A stretch of 64,000 bases of DNA from Adineta vaga. Taxonomy: Eukaryota; Animalia; Rotifera. Made by a program: the position numbers and the translations under genes. The stretch is from assembly GCA_021613535.1 (NCBI GenBank), contig CP075495.1, positions 8,990,001 through 9,054,000 on the forward strand, read 5' to 3'. This document shows positions 56,401 to 64,000 of this stretch, in pieces (the first letter of the stretch is position 1; each line of letters starts with the position of its first letter). Under the pieces are notes generated by a model that saw only the letters and a program-made list of their open reading frames with translations, was not told the origin of the DNA and searched no databases.

Positions 56401-57696
56401 GTTATATCATCATTGATTGAGTCATTTGGACTTGATTGTTTTTTTTCTGATGATTGAGATTGTGATTGTGATATTAATGGTAATTGCAGATTGCCACTAT
56501 TGAAGAGAAAATAAGATCTTCAATCTTTTTCTTATATTTAAAAATCTGATTAATAAGTTTCTAATACAGATTTCCTTCAATACGAATTATGAAAAAAAAA
56601 GAAAGATGTATATATTTCTATTTGTTCCTCAAACAAAAATCTCCTTGTCAAATAAAATTAAATGTAATATGGAATCTTTTCTGATACATTCAAAGACATA
56701 TCAAACTTGAATAGGCTTACAAATCGTGAGAGTATTAAACTGGTTATATAACAATTTATTGACCTTGAGAAAAGGTCACATTTCAACTATCATTAAGATC
56801 TTTCTTTAATGACATTTAACTGACCTGTTTCATAAGAGAAAAGAAATACTAACCGTGAACGGGAAGTACTATTCGTTGAGGATAACTGGTCTAGCCGATC
56901 AGTTCCATATAAAATTTTTGTTCTCTCCATATAATCACAATGTGCTTTGAATAACTAAATAGATTTGTCATATATAATAATCAAAATAAAAGCAATCTCT
57001 TTTTCTTTTTTTATACTTCACAATAACGTTCATGCAATCGTTTATATTCTGTTTTCATTTCATTTTCTTTTTCTTCAAGACGACCCACATGATCAGCTGC
57101 ATTTCGTGCTTTAATTTCAAATATTTTAACAATTGATTCTAGACTTTGCAATTTCTCATCATTTTCACGTTTGGTTTCTTCAAGATTATCTTCAACTTGT
57201 AAATATCGCTAAATATACGAAACAAATCACAATGTATATGAATACTATAAAAATTACTTGTTGATATTCTTTATGAAATCCTTTTTCACGTTCGTACTGT
57301 TGAAATAATTGTTCATTCTGTTCTTTTAATGATTCAATTTCCAATTTACTAACTTCACGTTCATGTAAGGCACTATCCAATGATTCTGAAAAACAAAAAA
57401 TTAATCAATCAAAATATGTATTTTTCTTTTAAATTATCAAACAAACCCAATGTTGATATCATAACAGGCATTAAATCTTTCACACTATTTTCACCAAAAT
57501 TTTTTATAATACGTTCTAATTCATTATAAACATTACTGGCTAATGTCGTGACCGTTTCAGATAATAAAGCATGACTTTCTTCACTAGCTGCTGACGAAGA
57601 TAATTCATGTTCATTGGAAGCATTTTCATCAGATACTTTCAAAGGTCTTCGACTTGGTGAAAATAACGGTTTTGGAGTTGTTGATTCTGAAGACAT
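50492..57696 (-). CDS. MAPK8IP3: JNK-interacting protein 3/4 (Sunday driver/UNC-16): RH1, leucine zipper II, RH2, WD40-like domain
   Basis: RH1 [13 protein letters not shown]...[30 protein letters not shown]|[12 protein letters not shown]2 [72 protein letters not shown]. Confidence 0.95.
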
Positions 57697-58686
57697 CGTT
57701 CTTTTTTTTTCTTTATTATTGTGTAAATTCTCTTTCCATCTAATAACAAAACAAGTAAACAAATAGAAAGGAAAGGATTCAATTTCGTTGCATGTAAAGA
57801 AACTGATCTGATGTATTCATATTCAATTGAATCCCATTATTTGATTTGACCCCGCATAATAAATGAATCACTGGTACCGATTCGGATTTATTTTTATTGG
57901 AGATTTTAATGACAGATATGATTTTTTATTAAAATAAAATTATCTCTCAGAAAAAATAAATGAACTGTAAGAAAGATAAAAAGAAATCGATTTTAATTAG
58001 AGAAAATATCTTCAATAGATGGCGCTAGTATCTACTTTGATTTTATGTAGATTTGATACTGATGACCTTCAGTTAAAATCAAGTAATTATATGGAGATTT
58101 ATCTGAAAAAAAATAGATATGATAAGCTTGCAATGAAAGATATTTGTTCGATTAAAACTTTTATTCAAACAGATGCAATCATATTTCAAAGAAGAATGAA
58201 TAGAATAGTATGATATGATCTATATTTGTGCAATGTTTATTGGCATTGACCGCTGAGAATGTTTCAATATCAATTTCATTTGATTGTTTATTTTCAGATA
58301 TCTATTTCTATCAGCCATTATAAGACTGATCATACTATGAATCTTGATTTCAATAGTCATTGATGATATTCAAGACATCTATATCTAATAAATTTTGATA
58401 AGTGAAGTTATTAATGCATCACCATTTACTTATATGATTTTACATCAGATCACTAGTTTTGAATAGATCAAATATTCAAAATTCTGTCTAATCTTGGACG
58501 ACAGGTTTCATTGGCAATCTCAAGTAATATTGTATTGACATTTTCGCGCAATAGAATGCTCTTCACTGCGGAAGATGTTTTTAAGAAAATTAATTCTGAT
58601 TGATCGTATTAGTACGAGATTGCAATTGTTATATTTTATTCAAATGAAAACAATATAATCATGTACACATCATTTTGTACAATTCA

Positions 58687-59794
58687 TCAAAGAATTGTAC
58701 ATCGTTGATTATTACTCGATGATGATATAAAACTTACTGAACTTTTATTTGAACTCTTCTTCGACGATTGTTCCGAATAATCATGAAGGGTTTCACATGG
58801 ATACGGTTTTGATGAGATAGCATTATATATAATACTAGCAGTTAATTGACTATTAACAAATTGAACAATTGTTTTTGCATAATTTTCGCGCCAAACATAA
58901 CACCAAATTTCCATTTGAACAGCGTCATTCAAAGTTTCGAGTTCTGCAGGAACAATATCTTGTAAAATAAATAGAAAAGTCAGATAAATTGATGATATGC
59001 CTTTCCTACTTTTGAGTAAGAGAATATTTGGCATACAATTAGCACAGATATTGACTATTGTATAACAACTCCAAGCAACTAATTTTGAATGTTCATTAAT
59101 ATCATCAAGTGTACGTCCTGCATGTGGCATGGATGTTTTCATAACTTCAAACAATTTTGGTATCATACCGATTTCATTTAACTACAAGCACAATTGATTT
59201 TAGAAATGACGATCACATGTCAATGTTTTCAACAACAAACAATTATATTTACTTTCATTTGAAAACATAGATTATCAATAGCAGTTTCCGCAATAGCAAC
59301 CATAGCAGCCCAACGCATTCGTAAATCTCGATGTGATAAACATCGAACTAAGAGTTTTGAATAGAGTTGTGTAGAATTTTTGACTTGCATATGACCTAGA
59401 TAAACATTCGAAATGAGTTCTCAATTTTCGAATACATATACCACAACAAAGTGAATGGCCAATAGCAACAATAGCTTTGATTTTCTGTTCAATTGATAAT
59501 AATTCATCTTCATCTTGAACGATTTTCGATAGAGAGAGAAGATCAGCTCGAGCCTGATCATCCATGGATTCATACACATTTAGAATGAGATCATGAATTT
59601 CATTGATTTCCTCTTCAGAATCAGGCTTTCTTCGTCGTAAACGAAACCATTCCAACCAAGAGTTTTTCTGTATATAGATGATAATAATAATCAATCAAGC
59701 AATCTTCCTTTAATATCAATGCATAACATCATACTTTCTCATACGATTTAAACATTTTAATACCATTATTGTCGTACAGAAACTTCAGATCCAT
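58687..59794 (-). CDS. Armadillo-like helical domain protein, ARMH2-like
   Basis: Spliced product has SIEQKIKAIVAIG..CCG|G and LVAWSCYTIVNICAN...EIWCYVWRENYAKTIV. From memory this parallels vertebrate ARMH2 (...RAQAAQKIG...GG; FWTCYVL...ENWSGWTENFA). Start codon uncertain. Confidence 0.6.
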
Positions 59795-60092
59795 CTCAAC
59801 AAATTCAGTATTAAAACTAAAATCTCATTAGACGATAGTTTGAAAAAAAACTTCTTTGTAGATGTAAGAATGAATAATGCATTGAATAATTGTTTCTAGT
59901 TTGATCGGATACAACATGTGTACAAAATCAAGTATGTTATATAGCGGAGCAACAAAACTATCTTCTAGAAAATATTAGTTCTCAAAAACCATCTCGAAAT
60001 TTCAGCAAATATTGAAGTGAATTTTACTTATAGATGTCCTTTTCATACAACACAACTATATTTGATTGTAGTAAATTTTCTTTTAAAGGTCT

Positions 60093-60105
60093 GTTGCTTG
60101 ACAAC
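60093..60105. promoter_or_regulatory. Candidate RFX X-box (GTTGCTTGACAAC) in the ARMH2-like/tektin divergent promoter
   Basis: 13-bp near-palindromic X-box about 125 bp upstream of a tektin ATG. A forkhead-like GTAAAT/TGTTTGT sequence follows within 25 bp. Confidence 0.6.
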
Positions 60106-60228
60106 GTCAGCTGTAAATGTTTGTAGACGAATAATCAATTAATAGGGAAAAACATCTTGATTCAACTCGTGTCTGCCGAACAAAAATCTCTTCAACGATT
60201 TTCGTGTTGCCAATAGAAGAAAAAAAAT

Positions 60229-62041
60229 ATGATGTCAACAGAAAACTACGAATTCGATCCAAGCTATCGTGGTCAAACTGGATCGAGCATAGGAGTATCG
60301 ACAGTTGGTTTTCGTTCGAATAAATATAATCCAAATGAATGGCATGAAAATAATTATGCTAAATACTATCAAACTTTTCAAGATCGAGATGAATCAGAGA
60401 AACAGCGTTGGCAAGCAACACGAACCGAAAATGAGACATTGGCACTTTCTCATCAAACACAAGCTCTATCAACTAAAAAATTACAACAACGGTTGGTTTT
60501 TATCTTTAGTTTTTAGAGAAATAAGATTTTTCTTATTTATTTCTATTCAAATAGTTTACATGATGTAAATTTTTGGAAATTCGAACTTAATCGAATGATT
60601 GAAGATGTTCGAAATGAAACCGATCTTTTAGTTGCACAAAAGAAACGATTAACAAATGCATTAGATGCGACTGAAGCTCCACTTCATATTGCTACAGAAT
60701 CGTTGGCTAATCGAGATCGACGCTACGGTGAAGATCGTGTCTATGATGGAGTTGAAGTTGCACTTATGAAAGAAGTTGAAATTATTAATAATGTACAAAA
60801 TCTTCTGCGACAAACAATCATGACCGCTGAACAACAAATTAGGTGAGAGAAAGTATATTGATCGATCTGTCTCGGACATGTAATTTTCACTGAAATATTT
60901 TAAATACTACTATAAAGATTGATCATTATTTGAGTTTGGGCAAGTACAATAGTTCTAGTACATCGAGTGCTAATTATAAACGCTCGGACGAATTTAATGA
61001 TTTTTCTAAAGCTAACTTAAACATTTTCGAATTCGTTTTCGAGTTGCTCGTATGAGAAAATAATTTTCTAAGAGTTCAAAAGCAATAATGTATTTGTTTT
61101 CTAATAATAAGAGCTAATCGTAATGCTAAACAAAATCTCGAAATGGATTGGAGCAATAAATATGAAGCATCAATTGCTGATGCAAAAGCCACCAATCGAC
61201 GAAATGAAGATGTTGATATTATGTTTTATCCTGGTGTTGCTCGACATTATGACAAGTAAATCTTATCAAATCAAAACTTTTCATTTCTATTTATCATGAT
61301 GATTTTATTCTTTAGTCAATCAACACCTGAATCTTGGGCACAAAACTCTCATGATAATATTGTCAATGGTCAAAATCAATTGATGGCTTCAATTCAATTA
61401 CGTTCTTTGATTGATAGTATACTCGTTGATACAGCACGTGATATGCGTGAACAAGCTGATGTTGTCGAAACAGAATTTGGTAAACGTATTGCCGAAGTAT
61501 CTGATGCCATGCAAAAAATGACGTACAACATGCGTGAAGTATGTGATTTACATATGAAAAAGAATTTCGCTATTCTTAAAATAATATTTGCCATAATTTA
61601 GACATTGAAAGCTATTGCTGATAATGAGAAGAAGATCGATATGCTTCGAGCATCAATCCGTGCTAAAGAAGCACCAATGAAAGTAGCTCAAACTCGTTTA
61701 AATGATCGACGTGCTCGACCTGGTATTGAATCGTGTCATGATCCTGCTCAAGATCAGTACGTCAAACTTTTCTCTCTATTATAAATTGATTCATTGCATC
61801 TTATATTTTTATTTTTCTCAGTTTAATTGGTGAAGTCTATCAAATATCACAATCCATTGATAGTTTAACTGGTGAATTACGTGAAACTGAATCAAATTTG
61901 AAAAAACTACGTGATGATCATCAAGTTCTTGTCAAAGAAATTGAAATGAAAAAGAATACTCTCTACATTGATCAACAAAAAACTATGCCAATTCGAATGC
62001 GTTACCCAACTGTTCAACGATTCCTTGGTTATAATTCATAA
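60229..62041 (+). CDS. TEKT4: Tektin (tektin-4-like)
   Basis: GFRSNKYNPNEW, RLHDVNFWKFEL, PLHIATE, STPESW, tektin signature KVAQTRL..R..RPGIESCHD, C-terminal YPTVQRFLGY. Subfamily call is less certain than the family call. Confidence 0.88.
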
Positions 62042-62213
62042 TCAATTAGACTTCTTTTCGTCTTCTTCTTCTTCTCTTTCAAAAAAAGAACAATTTTTAA
62101 AATCGATATGTAAACATTGTATTACGTTCAATTTCATCCAAATAGCCAACATATTTACATATAAACATTCATCATACTGATAATCATTTATTTTTATTTA
62201 ATATTCTTATTAT

Positions 62214-62240
62214 CCTCTCTCTCTCTCTCTCTTTCTCTCT
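62214..62240. repeat. (TC)n microsatellite
   Basis: Seen directly. Confidence 0.85.
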
Positions 62241-63019
62241 ATCTATGCACAATAAAAGTTGATCAAAAACATCACATTGAATATATGTTCTAATAACTTC
62301 AGCTTGAAGAAATGACACATTTTGATGTTAAATATTCTGCTACAGAGCATGAACTACTGTTTCTGAAAATATAAAATATCTAAATTTCCTTAATTCTGAA
62401 TAAAACAGATTCAACAATTGATGACTTAAAAAGATAAAGTTCTGAAAATAGTTGAGGATCAATACATTATAATACACAGACGTAGTCTATGAATGATAAA
62501 TCAATCATTTGTTTATTGTTTCTGTGTAATCAAAGAATATATGAATCTGTATACAGGTGTATGATTTCAACTGTCATTACGTTGTATTCAATAATAGAAA
62601 TATTATTCACTGGAAAAATAGTTCATGTATCATGTTGTGTGATAACTGTAACAAAACATAATTTGAGGGTTGAGTGAGGTCAATTATGATGCAAAACATC
62701 GACAACGAATATTTATGATTGGCGATATTCGTTGCGCTTCATTTACTTTCTTCGTATAATGAAAAGTTACACTTCAGCTCATATTTTACATGTGCCTCTC
62801 ACGTTCTCTATGCTGTATGTAGCAAATGCATAGATAGTGCATTTGTTATTGTGTGAATATGGTTTGAACTTTGTCGTATAACTAATAAAAAAATGTTATC
62901 TATTCATAATAATAAGTCAGTTATATCAATCAATCTGCACATCACTGACTACGATTAGATATAAAACAATATGAATTTTGTATATTTTTAGATATACATT
63001 ATAATAGAACTTCGTTAAA

Positions 63020-64000
63020 ATGGCAACATTAAAGGTTTACAAAAAATCTAAAATAATCAATCATCGAAGATGTATGAAACTCTTTTACTCTCTGGTAATC
63101 TGTACAGTTATATTCTGTCTGATATTTAGTGAAGTCCTTTTGACTTTCGGAAAATTTATACCAACTTCTTTCTTATCGTTATCAGTTTTTAGTTTAACTA
63201 TTGATGCAGCATCTGATATTGTTGAACAATGGCTTTCATCTACAACAATTGATAATAATCTAACGCAATCAATATTTCAAGCTCGCTCTTATCCATACTA
63301 TCCACAATTTCCTATTCTTATTTACACTCAAAACTTATCATTATTACAAAATACATCTAAACTTATTTTATTGGGCAATGGATTTTTTGAAGATCCCACA
63401 TGGGGTATGACTGCAAGTGGAAAATCACAAAAAGACTTAAGTAATTCAATCAGCTATTAGAAGAAAATCTGTTAGAAATGTACATTTCTCTATTTATTTT
63501 TCAGTGACAGGACTTTCGTGTCCATATTTGGCCAATTATTGTGATATAACAAGTGATAAAACTTTCTTTTCCGATGCCGATGCTGTCGTTTATCATGCTC
63601 GTGATCCTATTGATAGAGAAGAAGCGAAAAAAAATCGTCATCAAAGACAACGTTTCGTATTTGCTCTTTGGGAATCTCCTGCACATACAGATAGTTTGAA
63701 ATCTTATAACTCATTTTATAATTGGACAATGACCTATCGATTTACATCTCATATTGTGGCTTCATACTATTCCAATACATATCTTCATAAATCTAGTGAT
63801 TATTATCAATTCTTATTACGAGAAAATGCAACAAGAGGTCTTCCTTGGACTTTTGGTCAACTAGATCATCAACCTTCAGATGAAATTCTAGCAGAGAAAA
63901 AGCTAGGAACTGTTGCTGCATTAATATCTAATCAAGGTGGATCAAGTCGACGTTTATATTATATTAAATATTTAAAACGTTATATTGATGTAACAGTTTA
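63020..64000 (+). CDS. GT10 alpha-1,3-fucosyltransferase, 5' part (runs off the window)
   Basis: N-terminal signal anchor, then C.ITSDK..FSDADAVVYHARD, QRFVFALWESP, FYNWTMTYR, AALISN...RR..YI..L..YIDVTV. Confidence 0.88.

Noticed and set aside
58240-58580. Short open stretches on the minus strand between JIP3 and the ARMH2-like gene
   Set aside because: Interrupted by stops, with no recognisable homology.

Overview
Eukaryotic (animal) genomic DNA: very AT-rich, gene-dense, with many short (~40-70 nt) GT-AG introns. The style best fits a bdelloid rotifer; this is inferred from composition, intron size and gene style, not proven. About 19 intron-containing protein genes can be assembled by eye: a peptide-type GPCR, FOXK, MTHFR, TTLL12, a taperin/phostensin-like PP1 interactor, a DUF167/UPF0235 protein, an orphan gene, PDCD4, a GH38 alpha-mannosidase, PSMD10 (gankyrin), ENGase (GH85), INTS3, UBE2A/RAD6, SLC10A7, an ankyrin-repeat gene, JIP3/Sunday driver, an ARMH2-like gene, a tektin, and the 5' part of a GT10 fucosyltransferase. 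The most notable observations are: (1) a co-oriented five-gene run (SLC10A7-UBE2A-INTS3-ENGase-PSMD10) with stop-to-start gaps as small as 22 and 89 bp and a splice acceptor just before each ATG, a candidate trans-spliced operon; (2) a JIP3 exon that is phase-compatible as a replacement for the RH2 exon and carries several LC8-type xQT motifs, plus two candidate microexons; (3) a tandem duplication of the mannosidase 3' end interrupted by a MULE-like transposase relic and overlapping a short gankyrin C-terminus; (4) a head-to-head ARMH2-like/tektin pair with a candidate RFX X-box. Exon boundaries were read manually and no database searches were run.
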